A stretch of 63,226 bases of DNA, filler included, from Bigelowiella natans CCMP2755 (lineage: Eukaryota > Protista > Cercozoa), in the NCBI GenBank assembly GCA_000320545.1. It is 6 parts of 6 records of this genome, joined end to end, with 100 filler letters (N's around TTAATTAATTAA, not from the genome) between each part and the next. Parts side by side here need not be neighbours in the genome. Positions count along the whole stretch, not along the records: positions 46,268 to 52,001 come from ADNK01003620.1; positions 52,102 to 59,151 come from ADNK01001664.1; positions 59,252 to 61,501 come from ADNK01003316.1; positions 61,602 to 63,226 come from ADNK01001712.1; 2 more parts are not named here. One strand, 5' to 3'. Positions within the stretch are counted from its first letter, which is position 1. Each line of letters starts with the position of its first letter. Shown here piece by piece: positions 51,012 to 62,370 of this stretch. The notes beneath the pieces are model-generated. The model was not told where the DNA came from and did not search any database. It worked only from the letters and a program-made list of their open reading frames with translations. Position numbers and translations under genes: made by a program.

Positions 51012-51842
51012 TTGGATCAGTGCCTCGGCACCGAAGAAACCCAGAAGGAGCCTGCAAAATCAGTTTCGACGAAGCTCCCAAAGCCAGCAGAGCTCACAAC
51101 TCAAACAGTCAAGATAACAAGCCAAACCCAAACAACGAGCAATACCCAAACAAACAACGTAAACATGCAAGCCCAAACCGACCTTAAGAAGAGTCTCCCG
51201 CTTCGTCTTTGTCTTCGTCCTGCCTCCCATCGCCCAAAGACCAAAGTTTCAAAAAGAACTATCGATCGTCGTCGCATGCGAAGGGAAAAGGCACTTCAAC
51301 AACGTCGCTCAACTGTGGGGCGGTCCAAGTCTGAGCTCAGAAAATTCCTGCGATTCTTCTCCCAGACGGAGCCTGCGAAATCAGTTTCGACGAAGCTCCC
51401 AAAGCCAGCAGAGCTCACAACTCAAACAGTCAAGATAACAAGCCAAACCCAAACAACGAGCAATACCCAAACAAACAACGTAAACATGCAAGCCCAAACC
51501 GACCTTAAGAAGAGTCTCCCGCTTCGTCTTCGTCTTCGTCTTCGTCCTGCCGCAAGAAGAGCCGGAGTTCGCTCAAAAAGTCGCTCGCGACGTACGGGAG
51601 GGAAACCTGTCATGGAGGAATCAAACCAAGCTGCCGCTGCACTTGTCGCTTCTGTTCTTCAATATCTCGTAGATGAGCCAGAAAGGATAGCCTCCCATCG
51701 CCCAAAGACTAAAGTTTCAAAGAGAACTATCGATCGTCGTCGCATGCGAAGGGAACAGGCACCTCAGCAACGCCGCTCAACTGTGAGGCGGTCCAAGCCT
51801 ATTCATCAACCTAGCTCGAAAGTCTCACGCAGACAGATATAG
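51012..51842 (+). CDS. Hypothetical protein, copy B with in-frame internal duplication
   Basis: 276-codon ORF; EPAKSVSTKLPK...LPLRL is present twice in frame. Confidence 0.45.
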   Translation: MDQCLGTEETQKEPAKSVSTKLPKPAELTTQTVKITSQTQTTSNTQTNNVNMQAQTDLKKSLPLRLCLRPASHRPKTKVSKRTIDRRRMRREKALQQRRSTVGRSKSELRKFLRFFSQTEPAKSVSTKLPKPAELTTQTVKITSQTQTTSNTQTNNVNMQAQTDLKKSLPLRLRLRLRPAARRAGVRSKSRSRRTGGKPVMEESNQAAAALVASVLQYLVDEPERIASHRPKTKVSKRTIDRRRMRREQAPQQRRSTVRRSKPIHQPSSKVSRRQI

Positions 51843-52001
51843 CCTTCATGAGTGATGAACGATCTTGAGATGAATGATGTCGAGAGGCAACAAGCCGATG
51901 ATGTAGATGGCCGATGATGTAAATGGTTGTACACTATGAATAAAACTAGCTAAACTTTTGTCCAAAACGTTGTCACACGCATGCTTTGTTGAGCATGGTG
52001 T

Positions 52002-52101
52002 NNNNNNNNNNNNNNNNNNNNNNNNNNNNNNNNNNNNNNNNNNNNTTAATTAATTAANNNNNNNNNNNNNNNNNNNNNNNNNNNNNNNNNNNNNNNNNNN
52101 N
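52002..52101. other. Artificial contig linker
   Basis: N-run, TTAATTAATTAA, N-run. Confidence 0.98.
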
Positions 52102-55100
52102 AGGGGCTTGTGGTCAGTCATTAAGGTGAAGCTGGGCACCGACAGCAGGTAGTATCTTAGTTTCCTCTGCGCGTCAGTCATGGCTTTATACTCTCCTTTT
52201 GTAGGGCTGTACTTGGCCTCAGCTGCTGTGCAGGCCCTGCCCCACACCCGTATGATCTGCTGGTCTTGGGTAAGTACAGCAGCCATACCTAGCTTAGACC
52301 AGTCTGTCCATAGGGTAGCTGGTCTAGTAGTGTCTAGCTTAGCATTCAATAGGGTGTTGCTGCATAACTTTATTAGGTTATCGAAGTGGGCATCAAGGCC
52401 AGCCTTGGCCCACACCTTAGCGAAGCTGAGGCCTACAGAGTTCTCCTTCCGGTAAGCAGTAGTAAAAGCAGCTGCAGTCCTAGCGTAGGTAGGGGAGAAC
52501 CTACGTAGTATCCAAGCTGCAGTCTGCAAGAATGACTTTAACTCCTTTGCATTCTTAGGTTTAGGGGCTTGCTGTAGTGCTGCTACTTTCTCGGGGTTTG
52601 GGGTGATGCGGCCTTGCTCCAGGTAATATCCACACCACTTGATTCTTGTAGCTAGGAATGTACACTTCTGCAGTCTAATAGTAAAACCGAAGTGTGCAAA
52701 CCTAATAAATATATTTTCCAGGAGGAAGATCTGAGCGACGACTGTGTTGGTACATATTATGTCATCATCCACATACACAAACACAAACACCCACAACACA
52801 GACGCCATCCCATCATGTGTGTATGCCCTGTAGTTCTGACTACTGAACGCATCCCCTGATATGCTTAGGCCGTAAGGGAATACGACGAAGTGCCACTTCC
52901 TGTGCCTGCTGGAGAACGCGGTAATGGGGCGGGAGGTTTTGTGGATGGGTGTCTGCATGTATGATTCATTTTTATCTAGGGAAGAGTAGTATTTGTATCC
53001 TATGACGTGTTCAATAACGTCATCTATCCTTGGTGTAGGTGTCTGGATCCTCTTTATTACTCGGTTGTGGCGGATGAAGTTGTGCGCCAGGCGGAAGAAA
53101 GGGTAAGTAGGTTTCTTAGCTAGCACATGTCTCACGTTCCATGGTGAGTTGCTTGGCTCTATCTTCCCTTCCTTTGCCCATTCATTGATCTGCCACTCTA
53201 TCTTTTCCCAGTCCGCTTCCGGTCGCCTATGTTCTGGGTCATTGATGATGCACTCTTCGTATCCCTTCTTTAGCTCGATCTTTACTGGGGTAAGCTTGCT
53301 GGAGGGCTTCGTCGTCGGCTTGGTGATGTCAGAGTACTTCTCGTTTAATATTTTATTAATGTACTTTTTGCCTTTGTCGATATCCCAATCATCAGCTGGG
53401 GGGGTCTTGTCCAGTAGCTCCGTTATCTGTCGGATGGTCTTGCCGGGGTTCTTCTTCCGTAGCTCGGTAGGTGTAGGTAGCTTGTTGTCCGCTAGGTCCA
53501 TAAACTCTAACGCATTAACGCTTGACTCAGAGGTCCACTCGTCAAGCCGTATCATGTTCTGGCTGATGGTCCTGCCTGACTTCTTTGGCAACTTAGCAAA
53601 GTATATCTTGTGATTGTAGAATGATATGATCCCCCCTAATTTTTCTAGGGCATCCTGTCCGAGGAGTAGTTCCATGGATAAAGTCATGGCTACTCGGGTC
53701 TTGATTTGGGTCTCCGCGTCGCTGCCAGGTATCTGTAGCTTTAGCATTAGCTCACCGACGGTCTTCATGGAAGAGCTTCCGTCTGCTTGAGCATATTTAC
53801 GTTCTTTCTTAGTCACTTGATCCAATAGTCCTAACCTTCTTACTGTGCTTAGGCTTATGAAGGACTTCGGCATGCTGCCACTATCCCAAAGGGCAGGTAG
53901 TTTCTTGTAGTCTCCGTAGCTGTCTTTAACTTTAACCTTGGTCATAGCAACTTTGATAGTCCTGTTAGCGTCTTCGTCATTAATGTTGCATACTCCTAAG
54001 TTCTTTATGTCGTCTAGGGTCATGGGCTTGTCTTGGTCCTGCGTTGCTGGTACTGCTGTCTTCGTCGGCGCCTGCTTAAGGTGATCTAATATTCCGTTTA
54101 TCTGCTGCTGTATAGCATTGATACTGTTCTGCTTTTTGTTCTTATATTTATTGTTCTTCCCGTTGTTGCTGCCTTGCCATTTGCTGTTGTTATATCCTTG
54201 TCCTCTGCCTTTCTTTCTCTTTAACTTCTCGTAGTGTTCGTTGAGCTGCCTGATCGTCATCCTGGGTCGTCCTTCTTTCCTGTCTCTGCAGTCTTTAGCG
54301 GTGTGTTTCCCTTTACGTGAGCAGTATCCGCAACGTCGGTTACCTTCCCTGTCCTTGTACCAGTCTCGCTGCGGCTTAATAGCGTTAATGTTTCCTATGC
54401 CAGGTACCTTAGGGCTGGTAAACTTGCGGTCCTGCTCCTGCTCGCGTAGGGATATAGCCTGCACTGCTGCCTCCATCGTGGTGTAGCCTTTCTCCGTAAC
54501 GTAAGTGGATTCCTTTATCTTTAACTTGAACTCTTCAAACCTTGCCTGATCATCACCTGTGTTGTAATTAAAATCATGTAGTTCGTCGATCATATCCTGG
54601 AAGCGCGTGGCAAAGTCTCTAACAGGTTCTCTCTCATGCTGCATCATTGCTCTGTATTTTCTAATAGCCTGGGGTAGGGAGTTAGCATCCTGTTCATTTA
54701 CAAAAGCCTTCATTATCGCCTCAACGTCTCGTAGCCCACTAACTGTAGTGTGTATTTTCTCTAGCTGCCTGATCCGGGTCCTGCCTGTCTCGTAAAGGTC
54801 CATGGCTTGCTTTATTATAGCTAGCCATTTGAGCTTGTCGTTTTCGGTGGGGTTAGGGGTAAAGTCGCAGAGTATACTCCTAGCGTTCTTCCACCACCTC
54901 CTTGCCTCACCTCTTTTCCCGTTGTATTTCGTTATCATAACCGGTGCTGTTTTAACAGACATGAACTGGGTGTTCCGCTGTACCGGCTGCTGCTGCTTGA
55001 CGGTGCTCTGGGTCGTCCCCCGCGAGGCGCCCAGACCCCCGTCGTTCCTAAACAAAGCTGCCCACTCTGGAGGTAAGTCTGCTTCGTAATCCATGATGTC

Positions 55101-55439
55101 CTGCATGATAGCTGCCCAAACATCATGTGTCTGATACTTGTATTCTATCGATACTTTCAGTTTGGCGTAGTTGCTCGCCCTGGGTCGCAAGGCTCGTAAT
55201 GCCATTACGACCTTCTTGCTTTCGGCGGCCACGTCCTCGTCGTCCGCCTCGTAGAAGTTCTCCAGTGCCTCTGCTGCTGCATCTGCTTTCTTAATCCCGG
55301 GTGCTGGTCCCGGCGGTGCCTGTGGAGGTGTTCCTCCTCCTTCCTTAGCGTCCGTATCGCCCTTCCTTTCCTGTTTCTGCTCGTGCCCTTGCACGGCCTG
55401 CGAGCCAAAGTCCTGCTGTTCTTCTAGCTGCTGTGACAT
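52102..55439 (-). CDS. Gag-Pol polyprotein of element 2 (partial)
   Basis: Zinc knuckle CGYCSRKGKHTAKDC, protease ALWDSGS, RT (IEPSNSPWN, ITAF, PYGL, YVDD), RNase H (WTDWS..E..TDHKP). Confidence 0.94.
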
Positions 55440-55455
55440 TGTTAGTCAAATCGTT

Positions 55456-55473
55456 TCCCGTGTGTGGAAGCCA
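55456..55473 (-). promoter_or_regulatory. 18-nt primer-binding site, tRNA-Glu/Asp-like
   Basis: TGGCTTCCACACACGGGA lies 5 nt after the LTR. Its complement parses as T-stem, acceptor stem, G discriminator and CCA. Confidence 0.65.
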
Positions 55474-55478
55474 AAGGT

Positions 55479-55804
55479 TGTTGCGCGTAAGGTGTTCACA
55501 GGCCGAGGCGCTACGTGCACAAGTAGGCAGGGGGGGGGAAAGGCACGTTTGCTTCCTTTTGAAGAGTTGTGTTTATTTTTATTAAAGATTATATTTTTAT
55601 TAAATCGTGCACTGCGTAATCATTCGCGAAGCTTTCGCGAATGCCGCCGCACGTGGGGCAGCACACTTCCGGTGTGCTGCCATGAGTCCCGCCGGAACCC
55701 ACGTGCCTATGCTGTATTAATATCTACGTTATCTATATTCTATATCCGCGACAACCCCTTTGTTGTCGCACGTGACTTGTGCCCGCGTAGTGGTACGCGC
55801 TACA
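55479..55804 (-). repeat. Putative 5' LTR (326 bp) of element 2
   Basis: Minus-strand ends TGTAGCGCGTA and TACGCGCAACA (11-bp inverted repeat, 1 mismatch), followed by the PBS. The partner LTR is not in the window. Confidence 0.78.
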
Positions 55805-56323
55805 GCTAGCTAGCCAGCCTGTCTGTGGCCAGGCGTCCCACCCAGCCATGCCAGCATGCCAGCATGTGCTTCATGACGGTGTGGCAATGTGGACTGAATC
55901 AGCTTGGCGTAGTCGCTGCGATGCTGCCAACAAGCAGCACACCGTTGGGCAATGGACACAACATGCACGCGTTCACTGCTCACTGCAGCACGTGCATTTG
56001 TGCGAACTGCTGCGCGCTGAATGCGCGACATGCATTCCAGATGGACCGAAACAACATGCACTTGATTGAAATGCATCATGGCGGAAACCAACAGGTTCAA
56101 CATTAGCACTGTTTGTTGCCGCTGCATTGCACAGCTACATGATGAGGATGACCATTGAACAAATTTGATTGATCAATTGCATCCGTCTCACATTTGTCCA
56201 GATTCATCACTAGATCATGTTGGATGTGTTCAATGCGCATTTAGGCATGCTAGCATGGACTTGCTGGAACAATTGTGGGGGTGTGACCTCGACAACAAAA
56301 TGTTCGCGTACGTGTATATGTGC

Positions 56324-56618
56324 TTAATTCTTATGAAACATCCTTTCAAACTGTCTTTCCGCTATGGCGTTATATTTTCGTTTTTCTTTCGCAATTTCTA
56401 CATCTATTACGGACTCCTTTCCACGCAACTGCTTCAACCGCTCCTGGGTCTACATGAGACATTAAATCAAAGGAGGAGGAAAGCATTAATAGAGCTACAT
56501 CTACTATATTATTGAGAATGGTATTGATGTAATGAACATTAGCTAATCTATGAAATATGAAATCACATTAATAATTCAAACATTACATTGCCTTGGGTCG
56601 TAACGCACACACGCACAC

Positions 56619-56656
<38 letters not shown>

Positions 56657-57112
56657 ATACACCTGGGCCTTTTCCATCTGCCTCTCTTTGATCTCTCGTT
56701 GCAACATCTTCTCCTCTTCTGCGACCCTTCGCAGCTGCAGCTTACGCAGCGATTCGTACGTATCCGAGATTTGACGTTGCACCTGACACAGCGTGTTGGA
56801 TGTTGTGCATGGATTCTCTCCAGGAGATTGGGAATTCGAAACCGTATGATTGGTGAAGGGCCGCAAAATATTCTCACTGGCGCTATAACACACGCATCCA
56901 CGCACACACTCCCGTGCTCACTCACAACAAAACAAGCAAAGTAAACACAGTGCACAACCGTGTGTTCTCTCCTCCCTTACCCCCCCCCTCCTCCTCTAAC
57001 CCTCTCCCTCCTCGATCTCTCAATATGTATACCCTTCTGGGCATGTGCGCTTCACACATCTGGCATCTCTGATTGCCTGTTGGACGCACGCATACACACA
57101 CATACACACATA

Positions 57113-57143
<31 letters not shown>

Positions 57144-58062
57144 GCCGAGCATAGGAGATTAGCGATTCATATAACAATACAATACACTGAAAATGGTTGT
57201 CGTCCAACACAGAATCACAACTCTCCCCTTTCCTCCACGCTAAACGTGCATTCTGCAACGACCCCAGCCCCTGCTATATATCATCACCGTATTGCCCAGC
57301 AACTTCGTTGTAGAACGTGCATTGCACGCAATGCCACCCGGTTGGTAATGCAGCCAATATATTCTCTTCAAGCTTCTTCCAGTCTTTCTCTACTTCTGTG
57401 AATGCATCGTCCATAGCGCCACCGCTCCCTGATGATGACAAGACAATTTTGAGTAAATATAGCAGCACGTTTTCGTTCTGTGGTTTTGCGATGTGTAAAC
57501 ATTTCGCCCCCCCCCCCCCCCCCGCCGCAAAACGCTTTCTTGCCTACCTCCCAAAACGATAGTGCGCATCACATCGGGGATCTGAGCGAGCACCTGATAA
57601 TGGCGTGCGGCATTGAGGAGGAGGAGGGTAGAGTCAGGATCATAATATGGAGAGGTCAGGAAAAGGAGCAAACATATACAGAAGTTTTTGTTGATCAGGT
57701 TCCATGAGCTGCTCGCTAACAGTTGTTCTACCTTATCGGCAGCATCTTGAATAGACTTGACGAGGATGAGAACTTGGTCGCGGTCCCTGCGACTCCTTCT
57801 TTCGCTCCACGGCATTATCAACATCACGCTGTCTAAGGCTTCAACGAAGTACTCTACCATATTCACGGACTATTCCAAGTAGCAGTGGCAGTAATGCGAG
57901 AGTTAAATCATATGCCTAGGCTACTACAATTTACATGATAATATACTTGCGGTTCGTTCGTTTGTCGTAGTATTAGAGGGGGGAGGGGGGGTGTACCCAC
58001 AAACAAGTCTTATTGATACACGAACATTTGTATAGTATTTTGTATAGCATTTGTGTGAAAAT

Positions 58063-58099
<37 letters not shown>

Positions 58100-58194
58100 A
58101 ATGTGTTTAATTCGTGGCTAAGTTGTGAAATATGGGCTTGCCTTCAGGAGAGCGCCGAATATACTGTCTGTATCTCTGCAGCAGTCGATGAAAT

Positions 58195-58269
<75 letters not shown>

Positions 58270-59000
58270 TCTACAGAATTTCAATAATATAAGTACATAT
58301 ATTTATACAATCAAAATTTAGAAAGAAGAAACACCCCCGACACCAATCTACTCAAGATACACACACCACACGTCCCTTAGGCATCATGGCATTCGTATCT
58401 GAAACACAATCACAGCTATGGGTGAAAATGGCTACTACCTGAAGTCGTAGGCTGCGTTTGCGTTGTTGTGGAAAGAGAAGAATATGTACATGCAGCCGAT
58501 AAATTCGTGCGCATCGTTCAAAAACCTGCAGGATTTCACCACAAATGCCGCGTCGATGTTGCTCTCTTTGTTCTTCTGCTCCAGATCATCCACAACCTGT
58601 ATCAAGTAGCGGAATGACGAGAAGAGAGACGTGAACGGAAAGCGTCGGTGTGGTGGGAGGGGAGGGGGGGGGGGGGAAGAAATACACACAAAAAGATTAC
58701 TAGCACAAGTGCCTTCACCGTCACTTGAACCAGAAAATAAACTTGATGATTTAAAAAAAAAAATCAGCACTGATGGCCGTACTGCTCACTGTCGTTTCTA
58801 TGGTTATTGAGTGTTTGTTGAAGGTGGTGATGGATGATGATGATGATGATGATGACGGCGACGACGGCGTGGTGGTGAAATGACCTCCTGGAGTTTCTCC
58901 GGCGAGTTACACAAGGACTCGAGCTCAAGTTGGAGGGAATGGTGCATGCATTCTTGATTAACATAGTCCTTTATTCGCTTGAATCTACGTTGTTGTTGTT
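56324..59000 (-). CDS. C-terminal part of an Ariadne/RBR-like E3 ligase with RanBP2-type zinc finger (partial)
   Basis: Ariadne-like DAAFVVKSCRFLNDAHEFIGCMYIFFSF; zinc finger WHCVQCTFYN..RCQMCE; coiled-coil tail ending RMFHKN*. Confidence 0.6.
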
Positions 59001-59151
59001 TTGTTGTTGTCTTGTTGTTTGCCATTGACGATCAACCATCAGCTTGCTAAGCAGTTACCCAACAACAAGCTGCGAGCTGCCAAAAATAATTTGCTGTCTC
59101 TCCTCCCTCCCCCCTCTCCTGCAAACCTTCTCTCCTTCCTCCCCCCCCCCT

Positions 59152-59251
59152 NNNNNNNNNNNNNNNNNNNNNNNNNNNNNNNNNNNNNNNNNNNNTTAAT
59201 TAATTAANNNNNNNNNNNNNNNNNNNNNNNNNNNNNNNNNNNNNNNNNNNN
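59152..59251. other. Artificial contig linker
   Basis: N-run, TTAATTAATTAA, N-run. Confidence 0.98.
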
Positions 59252-59339
59252 TATATATATATATATATATATATATATTACATATATAATACGCACACAC
59301 ATATTCGTGTGTAAGGCAAAGGCCCCCAACTGTGATTGA

Positions 59340-60510
59340 TTTCTCTCCTACTATGTTTCAATGTGTTGCGGGAGAGACTGTGGTCGTGGCGCATCACCTT
59401 CTTCTCACATGACGATGCGCATCATTTCCATCCTCGTCATCGCAGCCGTAGTAGCAGCGAGAACAGTAATAGCATGTTATCACGACGAAGTGTCAATGTT
59501 AGCATCATCAACTCTTTTAAAAACAATAAATCGATGTATTTGAAGGGATCTCTGCAATGCTACGGGTCTATGCTTGTCGTATTCTTCCTCCCAGTGACGC
59601 TCATCTACTACTACCGGTATCTTTTCATTCATGCTCTTTCTGTACGCGCGCAAGGCAGCAGCTGCGTCGATGAGTATTAGAGGCAACTTCGATCCTTGTA
59701 GAGAATGAAAAGCAAGAAAAGAATCAGTGGAGAGAGGAATTGTGTGTTCTCTTGCTAATAGCATGTAAACATCGTTGTTTCCTCCTTCTCCAATCTCCTC
59801 CACCCCCCTCCCCTTCCCGCCCCTCGTAGACATCTTGTACGAACCTTTACCTTTGTAACAGCTGTGGAGGACGAGGTACCCCTCCCAAAAGGATGAGGGA
59901 GGGATTTGGGGGAGGGGGGGGGGGGGGGGGAGGAAAAGAAGCAAGGAAATGTTGCCTGTTCAATCAGTCAGATCGTAAATTCATCAACGATAGAGCTCCC
60001 ACCCCCCTTCCTCCCCTCGTCCCTCCCTCCCCCCCTCTCCCTCCCGGAAAAAATAATTATCTTGAAATTGACATTGTCCCGGCGTTGGATGGTGTTGGTA
60101 GATCAAGCAGAAGCACATGATAAATATCATCGAGGATGTCGTTCGGAACGTCAAGGTTTGGCCGCAGCGCAGTGTTCACCGTAGTGTTAGTTGTAGTAGT
60201 ACTAATTAGTAATGATAGCAATTGTAGTGGTCATCGCTATCGTCTTTATTGTAACAGCTCTACCCAATAGCAAAGGCTGTCCTACAGCCAGTCATTCGTA
60301 TCTTCCACGCATCATCATTTGCCTGCACGTAACCCCCCCCCCTCAAACAGACGAGGCAGTGTCTCCGAATCGTGCAGCTTCTCACCATTATGGCGCAGCG
60401 CCAGGCGAAGAACAGCACGGTTGCAATCTACACTTCACAGCAAAAAATAAATAGCAAAAACGACCGGTGCATTATCCCCTTCAGAGGGTGGGGGTGCGCA
60501 AAAACCACAT

Positions 60511-60544
<34 letters not shown>

Positions 60545-61275
60545 CCTTGCTCATCACAGGAAATCGCCAAATTCCTCAAAGACTTCAGCTCCTCAAAAGG
60601 TAAAGGAGCGCCTCATCTGCATCAGCCTTATCGATTCGTAATCCCCCCTTTTTCTGCGTCTCTTTTGTGAAATGAGAATGGTAGATTTTCATCGTCGTTG
60701 TTTGCATTTGCTCGTTGTTTTCATTGGCTCCTTTTTCTCGCGAAGGCGATGATTCGAAAGGGGCGAGCAAGGCCAGAGCTGTCTACAAAAACAAGTAATC
60801 ATGCCACGCGCGCGCGCGCACACATACACACACATAAATATGAATATTACATATATATATATATATATATATATAAATATATATATTCGTATATGATATA
60901 TTCATAGGCATGTGTTTCTGGAGAAGAAACGGCACTATCAGAAAGTGTTTAACATGTTTGATGCGGTACTACCACTAACCATCATAGGCAGGAGACTTAT
61001 CTGCGAAAGGGGGGGGGATGGTGGGGGGGCTGATGATGATGGTGATGATGGGGGCTGCAGACATGATGCTGCAATTGATTTGGTGATTTACAGGATGGCA
61101 GCGGCTCGTTGGAATTTCCTGAAATGCTCAAAATGCTTCGCATTCTGGGGATCATCAACCAAGAAGGTTGGTAGTGTAGACAGTAGGTGTATGGAAAGTT
61201 GTAGTCGTCGCGGTTACACACACAAACACACACACACACTCACTCGGAATGTGTAGTCAGGGAGGGGAACGTAAC
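59340..61275 (+). CDS. Partial membrane protein with C-terminal EF-hand
   Basis: Hydrophobic exon YGSMLVVFFLPVTLIYYYR; the splice-joined YQKVFNMFDA / DGSGSLEFPEMLKML is a canonical EF-hand loop. Confidence 0.6.
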
Positions 61276-61501
61276 ACTGTGCATTCTTGTGTGCTGCTAC
61301 GACTGCACATTCGAAACCAGCTGCACATAGCTAGATAGCGGGGCCATAGCTAGCATAGGTGCCAAAAGTCAATACTGTTTTATGACAATGCAATGCTGCA
61401 TCAAATAAGCAGCTTGCATTATCAATAACATCTATACAATTACATTGGCTGCGACATGATGGAACACTACATGGACAAGCGAACTCGTACACCGGCTTGC
61501 A

Positions 61502-61601
61502 NNNNNNNNNNNNNNNNNNNNNNNNNNNNNNNNNNNNNNNNNNNNTTAATTAATTAANNNNNNNNNNNNNNNNNNNNNNNNNNNNNNNNNNNNNNNNNNN
61601 N
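61502..61601. other. Artificial contig linker
   Basis: N-run, TTAATTAATTAA, N-run. Confidence 0.98.
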
Positions 61602-62339
61602 AGAGCCACGATCATCATCATCGTCGTCGTCATCATCATCATCGTCATCATCATCATCGTCATCATCACTTGGGCCACCGTCAAACATTAACAAGGATGT
61701 TTTCACCGCTGCTGCTGCTTATATGGCGTATTACCTCCGCCTGCACCCATTCTATAGTGCTCAGGTGACTTTCAGTGTCTGCATCCCAGGAGGAGCGCAA
61801 GTAGCTCACAACAGAGGTCTCCTTCTCCAGAGCACGAGTCTGCATATAACATATATATATTATGATGAACAAAGCAAGATCAGGCACACAATCTTTGCGA
61901 GGAAGGGGCGTTTGGTTGGACGCAAAGCATTGATGATGTGGCGAGGCCGCTGCTGCCGCTGGAAAAGATGGACGATTCTTTCTCCGCCTCCCTGTCCCCC
62001 CCCGCCCCCCCCTCTCTCTCTCTCGCTCTCCCTCTCACCCACAGCACAGGCCACTCATAGTGATGCAATCACTTGCTCGTCGCACCATCTCGAGGTTCTC
62101 CCTCCCCAGCGTCTCACACTTTTCTCGGAGTGAGCTGGTGTTTTGTGGCGCGCCGTCCGTCGCCGCACCGTCATCGTCGCATCACGTAACGTTCAAAGGG
62201 GAGGGGGAAAAGAAGTAAGAAGCAAAACTTGAACGCGGTGGAGAGTGGGGAGGAGGCGCGGCCACCCGCGCACTCAGCGTTTCCACCAACCCACACTATT
62301 ATCAAAAACATCTCTTCGCACAAGTAGACACACACACAC

Positions 62340-62370
<31 letters not shown>

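Larger units (their letters stand above)
46900..52001 (+). repeat. Direct segmental duplication (about 46900-47652 and about 50932-52001) flanking eIF4A
   Basis: Near-identical sequence including the 3' UTR. Copy B has an internal tandem duplication of about 320 bp. Confidence 0.9.
52102..55804 (-). mobile_element. Ty3/Gypsy LTR retrotransposon 2, 5' part only, truncated by the gap
   Basis: LTR, PBS and a single gag-PR-RT-RNaseH ORF. RT directly after the protease is Gypsy order. Confidence 0.92.

Noticed and set aside
52180-55089. Plus-strand ORFs over element 2 and minus-strand ORFs over element 1, AprA and eIF4A
   Set aside because: Antisense shadows of real coding sequences.
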